From assembly GCF_001194135.2 (NCBI RefSeq), contig NC_069000.1, positions 23,582,589 through 23,646,588 of the forward strand: DNA of 64,000 nt, in the 5' to 3' direction. The notes under the pieces are model-generated. The model was not told the DNA's origin and ran no database searches. It saw nothing but the letters and a program-made list of their open reading frames with translations. Position 1 is the first letter of the stretch, and every line of letters starts with the position of its first letter. This DNA is from Octopus bimaculoides. Its lineage: Eukaryota. A program made the position numbers and the translations under genes. Positions 1 to 13,957 of the stretch are shown here, in pieces.

Positions 1-1111
1 TGCAGAATGGCTTAATATTTATTATAATTTTACAGATGATGAATGGTAATTGTTACTACAAGTCTTCCATAAAAACTAACTGTAGAGCAGTGAAACTGGC
101 ACGTTAGGCAGAGTACCTTATGTTGTCTAGTTTGGTACTCTTCATTTATGATTTGCAGTTCCACCAAGTGTCTTATTTTTTTGTCCTTCTTGAATCAATA
201 AATGAATGTACAAAATGATACTGTATTCCAAAATAATGCTATACAAACTGATTTTGTTTCAGAAAATGGGTCCATAAAAATCTAGACTAATCATTGCTAT
301 TGCACAGTTCTTATTACCTGAAGACTTATTTACATAAGAAATTAAAAAATATTTGTATGATACATGGTAGCTTTATCATGGATTGACAGAGAAAAACAAA
401 TTTAATGTATTAACATGTTGTTATGTATTTCTACAATAAATGCTTCTTATACAAAAACTGAAGTAGTTCAATGAAAATAGAGAACTTTTTTTTTTAACAT
501 CTCAACTTGATTGAGACATTAATTTATGACAGAAAATAAAATTTTCAAACCATCCAGATTATGTTCATATGAAAGTTAAAATCAATAAAAATTGTAATTA
601 AAGTAGTGACTTACTATTTTTTCATTAACTTTTCTATTTCTAAATTATCAGGTAATCTTTCTGCCAACTTAAAGAAAAAGTTTTACAAAAATAAATTTCT
701 CTTTTTACATGGGCAAAATGCTCCATAGTGTTTGAAGTCCAGTATCTTACATTTGGTGCCATAACACCTGGAAAATAATGGGGTTTTTTAATGCCAACAC
801 TAAGATCATAAGATATTGTTGCTCCTTTATAAAAGGAACACCAGAAGTAGTACACTGAATTAAAAAAATCAAGGTAGCTAGGTCAGAGATTTGACAATAT
901 AATGTTAAATCAATTTTCCCAGTTGAATATTTATAGAAATCACTGGAGACAAAGTAAATTTTTTATGATACCAATTTCTTACATACCCAAAGAATTTTAG
1001 AGAAACGGAAATGTAGTTTGTGTTTACTTAGCAATATCTTTAGTAATTGTGGCTCACAACACTTCCTCACAAAAAAACAATTATTCTATGGTTTCTTGTC
1101 TATGTTTTCTC

Positions 1112-1158
1112 TTTATTGAAGATAATATTATGATGTCACACAAGTTCTTCCATTTATT
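1112..1158 (-). promoter_or_regulatory. Candidate URB2 polyadenylation signals
   Basis: AATAAA on the minus strand at 1158-1153 and 1117-1112, just past the stop codon. These are common by chance in AT-rich DNA. Confidence 0.3.
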
Positions 1159-1185
1159 CCATAAATGAGTCTTCTCTGATGTGCC

Positions 1186-1341
1186 TCAGATATATCCCTT
1201 GTATTCATAGTTCTTGGAGTATATCTTGTAAATGGACTCAAATACATGCTTCATGCTTTGTGGAAGAATGGCATTTAGACTATTAAGCATATGGTTGTTG
1301 CAAGACATGAGTAAACAATAAAGGCTGGAGTTTAAGATGTT
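1186..1341 (-). CDS. URB2: URB2 exon 28 (last coding exon)
   Basis: ttttttgcag| NILNSSLYCLLMSC..LPQSMKHVFESIYKIYSKNYEYKGYI-TGA; typical Urb2 C-terminus. Confidence 0.93.
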   Translation of the reverse strand, partial: NILNSSLYCLLMSCNNHMLNSLNAILPQSMKHVFESIYKIYSKNYEYKGYI

Positions 1342-4300
1342 CTGCAAAAAAAAGGTAAAAAAGAGAAACAGAAAATTGCTTAAGTAAGAAGAATTTTGTT
1401 TCAATCATAGAAATTAGTCATATGAAAGTTATTAACTTTCAAACAAGAGATTTTTTTTTCTTTTTCATTTATACAAGAATTGGTTGGTTAGTTTTGCAAA
1501 AATTGTAAATATGTAGAAATTGTTAAGAATCAAAATTTTTTCACTTGGTCACTTATTTGCAATTAAAGAATAAAGTGGGACTTGAAATATTTTTCTGTTT
1601 CATAGAATGAGTTGAGATATTGTAAACTTAAGATTTTTACAGCTGTGACAGAGAACAGTGAAATGTAGCCCTATCTTAAACACCAATAGCATTGTTTAAC
1701 AGTTACTACCAGCAGTATAACAGCTACTGCCACCATTAGCACTCAGTAATAGCCTCAGTGAGAGCTATTGCCAGCAGTATTCAATAGTACTTACTACTAT
1801 CAGTACTCAATAATCACTTCTACTAGCAGTACTCAGTAATAGCTACTGTCAGCAGCATTTGTTAACAGCTATAACTATTGCAACTATAAAAATGACAGGA
1901 ATACAACAGAGTATAATTGCTAAACAGTTCAGTATTTTGTAGCAAAACTACAAGTGATTGTATTGTGTCAGATATTAATCTATTTCAAACTTTTTCTGTT
2001 AATGTAGAACGAGTGAGGAAAGAATAAACATAGCTTTGCACATCTGCATATGATTTCCTTATCCATAAAATTGTTTGGTACTAATGATTGAATATGACAG
2101 TATAAACAGGTTTCTTATGTAATTAAATCAAAGGAGAATCTTACCTTTACAGTTGGTAAAAGAGTCACATTTGAATATGCAGCAATGAATTCAGCTATCA
2201 CATAATTGACCACACTGTTCAGCTCTGATTTGTGGATGGACATGCTATTTATCAGTCTGTAGGTAATAAAAGAGCAGTTTAAGTTGTATTTAGGTATACA
2301 AAACAGTAACTTGTGATAGAGAAAACTCCTGAACTGTAAAATAAGAGTAAGTATATCATTATCAACATTGTTTTGTGTGCGCTTTTCCATACTGGCATGG
2401 CTTGCACGTTTTCTGAGGTAGTGTCATCTGGTTGTAGCCAGATGTTCTTCTTGTCACCCTTTTTAGTCACATGTGCAGGGACAGTGTATTTATATCTGTA
2501 CCTATCTATACAGACATATATATACCATTTTTTAAAGAAAAGGTACATTATATGCCTGCATGCTGTTAGAATTAAAGACAAGGAGTTGGAATCAGAGTTG
2601 TAAAAATGTATGAAATCCAACAAGATGTCAATAGTAATGTACTAAAACTTCCAATTTCACATATGCTTATATAGTGTATGTGGTGCTGACATGTACACAT
2701 CAGCCACTTGCTATATACACTGTGTGCACACAAACAGACTCAAAATATGCTGTTAGAAAACATTAAATAATGTGCCAATATGCATTTTACTTTTAATTAT
2801 ATACATATCATAGGGCCATTAGGGAAAAGAAACAGGTATGGAAAGACTGGAAGAACAGTAGTAGCAGGGAATTGTATCAGACTGCCAGAAGGGAAACTAG
2901 GAGACAGGTTTATTTAGCCAGACAGGAAGGAGATAACAAAAAGTTTGCCAATGTTCTGCATCATGAGGATGAAAGACTTGAAGTATTTCGTGTTGCAAAA
3001 CAGTGTGTGAGAGAGAATCGTGATGTCATAGGTGAGAAATGTGTCTGCATGGATGATAGCTCACTTGCATTTAACGAAGTTGCAAGAAGAGAGACTTAGA
3101 GATGCCACTATGGGACGTTGCTAAATGAAGAGAATGAATGGGAGAAAGATAGTCTGCCAAATGTTGACCCAACAGAGGGACCAGCTATCCGAATTGACAG
3201 TACCTTGGTAGATAAGGCAATTAATGGTATGAAGACAGGGAAAGTCCCTGGCCAATCGAGAATCACTGCAGAGATGCTTAAAATATCTGGCGGTGTTGGC
3301 TATAGTCTAGTCAACCAGGTGATACATGGAGTCATACTCAATGAATGGTGTAGGAGCACCATAACTGCTACAAAGATAAAGGTGACACATTAGATACAAA
3401 TAATTATGGAGGTGTCAAGTTGTCAGATCAGGTAATGAAAGTCACAGAGAGGGTCATAGCACGACTAATTCGGTAGAGAGTCAGTCTAGATGAGATGCAG
3501 TTTGGATTTGTGCCAGGGAAAAGCACCACTGATGCTATATTTCTGGTAAGACAGCTGCAGGAGAAATACCTAGCCAAAGATAAACCTCTGTGCCTGGCTT
3601 TCGTTGACATGGAGAAAGCCTTTGACAGGGTTCCCCGATCCCTTATCTGGTGGTCAATGAGGAAACTAGGGATAGATGAATGGTTAGTGAGAGCTGTACA
3701 AGCCATGTACAGGGATGCTGTCAGTAAAGTAAGGGTTGCCCTGTTTGATCTGTAGAAAAGGCGTAGGTAGAAACCCCATAAGGTGTACCCAGTTTAAGCT
3801 ATGGACACATAAGAGGTGCAGCAATATCAAAGGAAGGCTAACAGGGAAGATAATTTTTGTGTGTGGCAAATGCTCAGGAGCAATAAACACTGAAAATGTG
3901 CAGAGAACAGCTTTCGTCACATTCCAGGGGAAAAAACTACAAGTAGTTGATAGCTTCCATTACCTAGGTGACCAAGTTAGTAGCAGGGGTGGGTGCACTG
4001 AAAGTGTAGCTGCTAGAACAAGAATGGCCTGGGCAAAGTTGAGAGAGCTCCTACCTCTGCTGGTGACAAAGGGCCTCTCGCTCAGAGTAAAAGGTAGACT
4101 TATGACGCATGTGTGCAAACAGCCATACTACATGGTAGTGAAACATGGGCCGCAACTGATGAGGACATGCGCAAGCTTGCAAGGAATGAAGCCAGTATAC
4201 TCTGCTGGATGTGTAATGTCAGTGTGCATACACAACAGAGTGTAAGCACCCTGAGAGAAAAGTTGGACTTAAGAAGCATCAGATGTGGTGTGCAAGAGAG

Positions 4301-7300
4301 TCGACTGTGCTGGAATAGTCATTTGTTGCACATGGATGAAAACAGCTGTGTGAAAAAGTGTCACACCCTAGCAGTTGAGGGAACCTGTGGAAGAGGTAGA
4401 CCCAGGAAGACCTGGGATGAGGTTGCCTCACCGAGGCAATGACAAGTGAGCAAGACCTTTGGAGATATGCTGTGCTTGAGAAGACCCGGTAAGCCAAGTG
4501 AGACTGTAACCATGGCCTATGTCAGTGCTGTATAACCAGCCCATTTAAGAGTACCCTTCAATCATTGGACAATAAACTATGCTTGTGAAGACCCGTTGCG
4601 GCAAGTGAAATCGTTGTCGTGGCCTGATTGGCAACTGTGCCAGTGGAACATTAAAGACACCATTCAAGTGTGGTTGTTGCCAGTGCCACTGGACTGGCTG
4701 CTGTGCAGGTGGCATGTAAAAAGCACCATTTGAGCATGGCCAATGCCAGTACCACCTGACTGGCCCTTGTGCCGGTGGCACGTAAAAAGCACCCACTACA
4801 CTCTCGGAGTGGTTGGTGTTAGGAAGGGCATCCCGCTGTAGAAACTTTGCCAGATCAGATTGGGGCTCGGTGCAGCCTTCTGTCTCACCATCCAAACCAT
4901 CAAACCCATGCTAGCATGGAAAGCAGACATTAAATGATGATAATCATGATCATCATCTTTTGTTATAAACAGCATCTACATTTTGCCATGTATGTGTGAA
5001 TCTGCAGTGTTTGTCTTTGTGCAGCAATACTGATATTGTATCAGTTTCAAAAGACACTACATTTACAGAATTTTTTACTTTGCAAAGACAACACCTTGAC
5101 TTGAACACTGCTTTATCATACACCTGGAACAAAACAAAATGGTCAAGAAGGAAAAAAGGTGTTCTTGTTGAAGGTTGTAAACATGTCTAATTTCATTATA
5201 ATTTGGGAAGTCTCTATAGGTGCAGGCATGGCTAAGTGGTAAGAAGCTTGCTTCCCAACCACATGGTACTGGGTTCAGTCCCACTGTATGGCACCTTGGA
5301 CAAGTGTCTTCTACTATAGCTTTGGGCTTACCAAAATCCCCGTAACTTAGCAGTTTGGCAAAAGAGACCAACAGAATAAGTACTAGGCTTAAAAAATAAG
5401 TGCTGGGGACTATTCATTGGACTAAGAATTCAAGATGGTGCCCCAGCATGGATGTGGTCTAATGATTGAAACAAATAAAAGATATAGAAATAATACATTT
5501 CTAAATCTCTCAGAGAGATTTATACAGTAGTAACATGATAAAATGGTGGTATGTTGTCAACTTATTGTGACAGTCCCATGAAAGGGAAGAATACTACTGC
5601 TATTTAGCCCTAGGAAGCACCACTTCCTGTCGGCCTTGACACATTTCCTGTGTCCTTATGTTTACAAAGGGGGAGATAAGCACCTCCACCCAGCAAAGCN
5701 NNNNNNNNNTGTTTACAAAGGGGGAGATAAGCACCTCCACCCAGCAAAGCCAGCATCCAGAGACTAGTTTCTGAGTCATTGCTTGTCATCAGTCTGGAGT
5801 AGCATGGCTTGCTAGCTGTCGATGCCTATCTGCCTCTGTAAACATAAAAAAATAAAAGATACTCTTCATATAAGTCAGGAAAGTTTCTACTTAACAATGC
5901 TCTTACATGAAAAACTCAGCTTTGAGCAGTGGATAGTCACATTTGTGCTACATACAGAGAAATAGGTTTTCCGTGAGGCTTGATACAAAATGGTGATCAG
6001 TGGGGAGTAGCAGCTTCACAGTCACATTTAAGACAGTGAAGCCTCTTTACAGTTCTATTATTGGACTTAGAAGTGAAATAACTCTTGAAGAACATCATTC
6101 ACATTTTTTTTATATCCATAGTCTTTTGCTTTTGTCTCATGAAATGCAGCTCTGTTATTTCTGCCCAGTGAGCTGTGTTCTGCTCCCGCTAATAGAAGAA
6201 AGCTGGTAACACGAATAAGAGTTATTACTTAGATTTATTTACTTACCTTGACAATAAATTAGCACAGTTACATATTGCTTTTTCTGCAGATTTATTGTTG
6301 CTTAATTTATCTTGGGTTCCTTCACCAACCACAGCAACTATCAAACGTTAGACAGGTCAAGGAGAAAAAACGGACTAACACCAAGAAAGATTCAGTCTCA
6401 AAAATATAAAAATGATTAACATAATGCTTCATTAGACTAAAGATTCAATTGTTTTGCCATCTCTAACCTAAAGTGTATCCTAATTTTCTATTATAAAACA
6501 AAAGAAAATGAAAATATTCACTTTCCTTAAACAGCTACTAAGCTTATCAGATGAACTGTATATAGTAATTTAGCTTCATTCCTTTACAGCCTCTGCACAT
6601 TGTTTTTGGCTCTTAGCTCTTGTGGAAGGTGCGAGCAATAGAATAAGAAAAAAATACCTTCTGCATAATAATGCCAAATTTTTTCGTCTTAAATAAAATT
6701 AATAAAATTTACATGATATATGATGTCCAAAATATCTTATGAAATACATCATCTACAAAAAGTTAATCTAAAAATAAATCTTGAAATACTAGTTTGCTTA
6801 AAGTACTCATTGAAATATAAATTTGTAACACTGTTCTTGTGTAGTGACCATCACTTTTGTTTAGGGGGCATCTATACTAAGATGGTTGACCTGGCATTTC
6901 TGCACAACATTATACCATCATCATTTTACAGCTGCTTTTTCATGCTTGCATAGGTTAGAGACGTCTTCTCTTGCACAGTGTCTCACCATCCTTTGTCATC
7001 TTTGTGAGGTTCAGCTTCTTGAGATCAGCTTTCCTGTCTCAAATTAGAGCTTGTATTTTTTAATATCAATTGCATAAAAAATACCTAGAAAAGGATATGT
7101 TTTACTATTCCAATGAAACTTGGAAGTGTCAGCAAGATGACATCTGTGTATTCTGTGAGCAGAATGTTCAAGACATCATAGAGAGCTTGGAAAACAGCCT
7201 CAAAGGTAGCTGCATCAAGGTTTGAAAGAGGCACGAATTGGCAACCAAATATAATGTGTAAAGCTGTCTGGGGTGGTATGTTTTTCTGAAAGGAAACAAA

Positions 7301-10300
7301 GCAATGTTGTTAGATAAAAATTGATTACTTTAACACTGATTTTGTAGGGAAGGAATGCATTTTTCTTTGTGGGAACAATTTGTTGCAATTATGCAAAAGT
7401 GTTGTAAGTCCAAAACGTTGCTTTTTCAGAAAACGAAAAAATAGTTTCTCCATTCCATTTCTTTTTATATTAGCAACAGTTTGACCTTAATACTTTGTTG
7501 GGTGCATAAAATCTTAACTCCATGCATGTATGATATTTTCAGTTAGAAATATTTTTGCAAAACTGTTGTATGTGAGGCTTACTACACTTTTGAAAAATTC
7601 TAAACTTTTGTACTACACTTTGACAATTTTCATCTGAAGCAGCTGGAGATACACTAGCTTGACCAAAAGAACTGGCTATTGCAAGCAAAATTAAATATTG
7701 AAAAAGATGCATTTGGACATATGACAGTTTACCATAATTGCAACAAATTGTTTTTAATAACCCTTCTTACCATTAACCATTTTGTAAAGTAAGGATTGGA
7801 ATCAGTTTCTTATTTTCATCCTGTCTGATAAAGTAAGTAGAGTTAAGAGCATTTCTCAAGAACACAATGCAATGGTTGTTGTTGATAGTCATAAGTTGGC
7901 CTTGGCTAAACGGGTATTCTGTCTGTGGCTCCAAAATTCTGTCAGTCTAGCACTGCATTGTTTGTTTGTTTGTTGTTATTACATAAGTGATCAAAGTGTT
8001 CCAGCTGTGGCCAGTCTGTTTTATTTTCAGACATTTTAGACTACATTATCCAATGTGTCCTTCCATTACTGAAACTGGTTTCTGACGAATTTTATTCAAA
8101 CTTGATTCTAAATAGATGCCAAAATATTTAAGAGGACCCTACCAGACGACCCAACTGAGGAAGATTATATTTACTGGAAACAGATGCTACACATCTACAT
8201 AGCAAAAGCAAAAGTTCTACATGAATCTAAACTGGAGGTACTCTTAGTCCTCTGCAGAGCAAGGACCTACCCCATTGTTGAAGAATCTAAAACCTTCAAG
8301 GCAGCAATATAACGCCTGAACTCAACGTTCATAAAGAAAGGTTCAAACATAATGATGTGCCATAAGCTACTAACTTGAAAACAAAAGAAAACGAGTCTAT
8401 AGAAGAATTTATGTCAAGCCTTCAGGTGCTGGCCAAGAAGTGTAAAATCCACGCCCTAACGGCAGACCATTACCAAGAAATTCTAATTGGTAATGCCTTT
8501 ATGGTTGGGCATCAATCAGACAAGGATTTCTTGAGTCATCAGATGACAGCTTAGAAACACTATAAGCTTGCTCAAACCATCGAGGTGATCATTGAAGATA
8601 CTCGCAACTTATTGCAAGTCTCAGCTGGTATCAATCAACCACCCTATCTTGCAGCTGCCAAATCAGCATGCTTTTGGTGCAGTGGAGACATCCATAAAAA
8701 AAAATCAATGCCCGGCAAGAAACTCCAGTTGCAAAAGGTGTCAGAAGAAAGGCCATTGAGAGAAAGTCTGCCTCTCAAAAAAGCCCCCAAGAAACAAACA
8801 AAACTTACCTAAAACAACAGCTACCACAGAGCCCGAGAGTGACTTGGAGGAAAACAGTGATGGGACCTTATCCATCATTTTAGCAGTAACAAATAGTACA
8901 GGACAGCTGGTACCCGTTAAAATTAAGGACAACAATACACAAGCCCTTCTTGACACAGGTTCTGACAGGAAATTTATAGAAGCAAATCTTCTTGCAGTCT
9001 GGGGATTACAATATGATCATACCTGGAAGTTAAAGGCAAATTCAGCAGCAAACTACAACTGGGAAATAATGCATATAATGCTAATTTCCTTGTGGCCAAC
9101 CACCTTGTAGCTCTGGTCATCATCGGAATTAATATCCTCAGTCAACACTCGGTAGTAACAATTGACTTCAAGGTTATGCTCAAACCTGTGTCATTCTGCA
9201 TGTCCATGTCAAGCCTCAAATGCACCATGTACAAACTACTTCCTGGCATTAAGACCTCTAAGTTCAAACCAATTACAACTTCAAGACACAGTCCTAGAGA
9301 TGCAGAGTTTATTAAGCACAAAATAGACAGGTTACTTTCAGAGGACATAATTCAGGAAAGCCTTCTTTGAACTGGTTTATGACAGTGTGACTTAAAAGAA
9401 GTTTGGTTGCTATCTCTAGATGTAGATTTAGAGAACTAATACCAAGACATGCCATAATTGAATATATAGCATTGTAAAATAGCACCATGCAGTCAACTCT
9501 AATATATGGAACCATTAAGCGATACAGAGAAAGAGATTATTAGCCAAATCTCTCTCAGTACACTTCTTAATCTTTTTGAAATGAAGGGCTACATTTTTTT
9601 AACTTAAATTCTTAGGAGTGCACAACCCATGATTGATGGCCACAACTTAGACACAGATTAAATGATTCAACTTGGACTGCAATGACCAGACATGTTACTA
9701 TCATCATACTTATATATTCCAGTAACATGATCTGCTATTTGTGCTGAAGGTTTAATGAAACAGAGTCGGTTGGAATAACTTAATTACATCAACAACAGTT
9801 CTAATTTGATAAAATTAACCATATGACACTCTTCCCAACTCCTGTATCCACAATAGCCATGATTTCTGAACGTTTCATATCCACTGTTACCTTTGGATCT
9901 GAACTTCATCCTTCCATTTGGTTTCTACTCTACAGTACCACCTAGAAGAGAAGATTACACAATCCGAAAGCATAAGGTACCCTCATTAAGAATAGCTTCT
10001 TTTGTAATGGCACTTTCAAATGCAATGTTCACAGTCTTCGCGAGGAAGATAGCAACTGTCATGATATAATCAACGTTTAATAAACAGCACAACTTACCTT
10101 CAACATTTTCACTTCCAAGTGAAGCAGTGGTATGTATATTTTAGTCATCTTGTCCATATTACAATGCCATTGTAGCTGCTGGAACATCAACTGTGTCGAG
10201 TTCAATATCTACAAACAGAAACTGAAGTCTGAGGGAAAAATAGCAATAGCAAAAGGAATAAATGGCATCTTTTGAACAGACAAAAAAAAAACTCACATTT

Positions 10301-13300
10301 TTTGTCTGAAAGCAAGAGATAGCATAATCAACTGGATTACCTTTCATAATTTACATGGATATTATTTTAATTAATGTTGCAAGAATGAAAGTAAACTCAA
10401 CATTATTGGAATTTGAACTTGGAACTGTAAAAATCCAAACTATACACCAAAAGAAGGATCAAGGCTGTCACTGTTCCATCCATGATCCTCCCTCTTTTAA
10501 TAATGTATTTTCTGAGGGAGAAAAAAGTTAATTTTATAGTTGATCAGCCTTTTCATTATAATATAATATATAACGATATAATATAAGATACTATGTGTTT
10601 CAATTAAATTTGAAAATGAAAAAGTCAAAGAGATTCAATAAAACTTAGTCGTTTATTGGTATATTAAACTGGTGTTTGAAACATGGGTGTTGAATCAAAG
10701 AACATAAGACAGTCTGAAGCAAGATGGTACCAAAAGTGTCACATCAATTGCTAAAAAGCTAAGTGATGGTTTGGCAGAATTTTAAAGCCTCAGATAAAAT
10801 GTCTTGCAGTATTCAGTCACAGCACATCATGTTCTGAGTTCAAATCCCACTGAAAATCTACTTAGCAGGTCATCCTTCTAGGAGAAATAAATTAAACTAC
10901 CAATCAAATATTGGTGTTGATTAATCAATTGATTATACTCTGCCTGAGAAATATGTGACTTCATGTCAATTTAGAAACTGACCACTTATACAGTGGTCAT
11001 ACTTATTACTGTGGTGAGCTGTACATCTCATGGTATCTGTTTACAGCTAAGTTGAATGGGCCACAGAATGCTAAGTATCACAGTGACAGAGACAGTGCCA
11101 AAATAAGAAGACTACACTTTTTGAGCAGCCCACTCAAAAGTTATGGTTATACCAGTGAAACTATATCAAGCAGATATGTAATGTCGTTATAGCAACAAAA
11201 TTAGACAGGTACAAAACCATACATCTGCAGTGGAGAGACAGTTGACCACATTGATCCTATATGAATGGTACTTGTTTTAACAACTAGAAAGTTTCTATGC
11301 GTTGTTAGTCTTTTGACATACCAGCCAAGTTCCCCTGAAATTATATCTTATTATCTTTTAACAAAAAAAAAATCCTATTATCTTTAACAAAAAAAAAAGA
11401 CATATTAGATAATGTAATCCTAGACACTCCAAAAAGAGGATAAAATGGTGATGGCCTTTAATCATACATCTGCTTAATCAAAGTTGTCCAACAGTTTTTT
11501 GTGTTAGAGTGTTTGTGTGTGCACACTTGATTTAATACTTTACCATTTCCCACTCCTGGTCAGAGTACTTACAGTTTTTTGAAGCTGAGCATTTTCATCA
11601 AATACATTTTTCTCCAGTAGAACCTGAAACACTTCAGTTGCAGTGGTGATTTCAGTAAAGTTGTTCAATCCAACATCAGTTTTCTAGGAATAGTTAAAAA
11701 AAAAAAGCATTTTCATTATATGAAGCAGATATAGTTAAATGGTTCATTAGGTCTGTATGTGTGTGTATACACACACATCTGCCTTTTCCTGCTGGCATGG
11801 GTTGGACAGGACTTTTAAAGTCAGTTTTTTATGGTTAGATGCCATCCTGAGACCAACCCTTTTTAGAACATGCAGCGATATTGTGTACCTACTCCAAAAA
11901 ACAGTGGCTAACAATGATTACATATATCTGATGAGATGGGCGTGTCCTATACACCTACAAAACTTTAAGTCATATGGAACTCAGTCAAACTTATTAAATA
12001 CATGTAACTCTAACCAAATGTATTGAGTACTTTCTTTCATTTGTTCACTCACTCATGTAATTATATATATATATATATTATTTAGGAACTAAACCCTTAC
12101 ACCCACTGCATAGTTTCAGAGTAAATTTTAATGCAAGTAATATTAATGAGCCAAGAGAAAACAAGAACTACACCATTTTTCTCTCAGTATGAGCCCTGCA
12201 ATATTTCTTAGCCTGATTACAATCTCGCAAAGAGGAGATATTAGATAAACTGGGTTTAGATTCCTAAATAATAAAAAAGGATAATCAGCTTGAATAGCTT
12301 AGCTAATAGGTAAGCTAAATCCACAATGACCTAAACAACAATAACATCATCATCTTAGGACTGTATCCACTATTGTAGCATAGTTTGGGCTACAGAAACC
12401 AGTGTATGGGAAAAGAATGTATGCCAAATGAATTCCATACTGTTTGCATTTCTTGTCTTAGATAACCTGAAGGTCAGAAATCCAAAAATCCACGAGTATG
12501 AAACAATATTTGTACTCCAAATGTCTCAGTGAATAAGTAGGATTATAGCTACATTACTACAAGTTATCATGTTTAGATGAAAGATTGTTATGTGGCGAAA
12601 GAAGATTTGAAGTTGCTGAGTTTCATGAAGGGGATGTCTATGGAATGCCTTTAATCATAAGTCAACTCATTTAGGGTTAACCTGAGTCTAAAAACAAAAA
12701 GTAACACAAAGTAATACTTACTAAACACAATGCCAAATTCTCAAGGTGTATATGTTGTTCTTCACAACTCATTGCAGATATGAGAGACAACATTGTTGAT
12801 TTCACTGCTATATAAAGAGACTGTATGCAATTTTGTCTTGAGTAGAACTGTAGCTGACTACCATTTGTTATTGTTGATGAAGGAGCACACAGAGATGCTA
12901 ACTGAAGACCAGAGAAGCTTGATAGTAAACTAAAGGCTACTGCTGTATTCAAACTGCTCTCAACTGATGCAGCTGATGACGACTGAGTTTTTTGAGTAAC
13001 AGTAGAAGAGGTCAACAAGAAACTGAGAAGGTCTTTAAGACAATTCCAGAGATTGGAATGTTCTTCTGGAGAGATTACAGCCGATGCGTGATTCAAAGAA
13101 AACTTGAAAAATTGCACTGAAAGCAACAAACTGGTAAAGTTTTCCTGGAAAAGGGAGAAAACAAAAAATAAAATATAAAAAAAGAACAGTTAAAATAAAA
13201 TTGTTAGGATGAAAATTTTAATCAATTGTTCTATTATTAAGGTTTACATTTTATCACATAAATTATTCTTGTTAATGTAGAAACAGTAGCTAAAATAACT

Positions 13301-13917
13301 GGTGGTTACATATTACCTGTGTTTGAAATAATATCCTTTAAGAAATCAAAAATTTTCCTTTGAAATTAAGATTAAAAGTAATTGCACAAGACTTATTTTC
13401 AAATAATGAATAAATTTCAATATTTTTGTCATTTGTTTGGCAAGTGATTTGTTCTGAAATTGTATATTTAAACAAACATTGCTGTATTTTGGTAGGGTCA
13501 TATCATGTTTATTGAACTCAAGCATTATTGTTATTTATAAGAGAGATAGTCAGGAAGTGACAATGTCAAGCTAATAAATATTGAAACACACCGATGTTAG
13601 CAATTACAAAAAGTGAATAGCAGTAATACGAGGGTTGGCTGAAAAATTCATCTGTTTGGTCAAAAAAAAGTCATCAACAATAGGTGCAGGAGTGGTTGTG
13701 CAGTAAGAAGCTTGCTTCCCAATCACATGGTTCTAGGTTCAGTCCCACTGCATGACACCTTGGGCAAATAAATATCTTCTACTATAGCCTCGGGCTGACC
13801 AAAGCCTTGAGTGGATTTGATAAACAGAAACTGAAAAAATCTTGTCATNNNNNNNNNNCCTCGGGCTGACCAAAGCCTTGAGTGGATTTGATAAACAGAA
13901 ACTGAAAAAATCTTGTC

Positions 13918-13957
<40 letters not shown>

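Noticed and set aside
30-860. Possible neighbouring-gene exons: + strand ttttacag|..GATGAATGGTAA (DDEW-stop) at 36-49 and a - strand 104-nt segment at 751-854
   Set aside because: Too short, ambiguous frame and no recognisable homology; they cannot be supported from this window.
2279-2623. 114-aa minus-strand ORF as a possible URB2 exon
   Set aside because: It is a decayed RTE-type tail, and exons 26 and 27 already join in phase.
4545-4895. Repetitive-looking peptide ORFs (e.g. GAFYVPPAQ..)
   Set aside because: Antisense translations of the RTE 3'UTR tandem units, not genes.
5219-5300. tRNA genes or intronic snoRNAs
   Set aside because: The A/B boxes belong to SINE heads and the ATGATGA motifs come from RTE tails. 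No complete cloverleaf or C/D pair with terminal stem was seen; tRNAscan-SE or snoscan would be decisive.
5650-5750. Direct duplications on both sides of 10-N gaps (also 13790-13920 and 57960-58250)
   Set aside because: Typical unmerged contig overlaps, so assembly artefacts rather than biological repeats.
6337-7106. GT-AG model for intron 25 (ata|GTAAAA, cca a|GTTTCA or tag|GTATTT with gatag|)
   Set aside because: These give a phase mismatch, a deletion of about 10 conserved residues, or an in-frame stop. The AT-AC model fits exactly.
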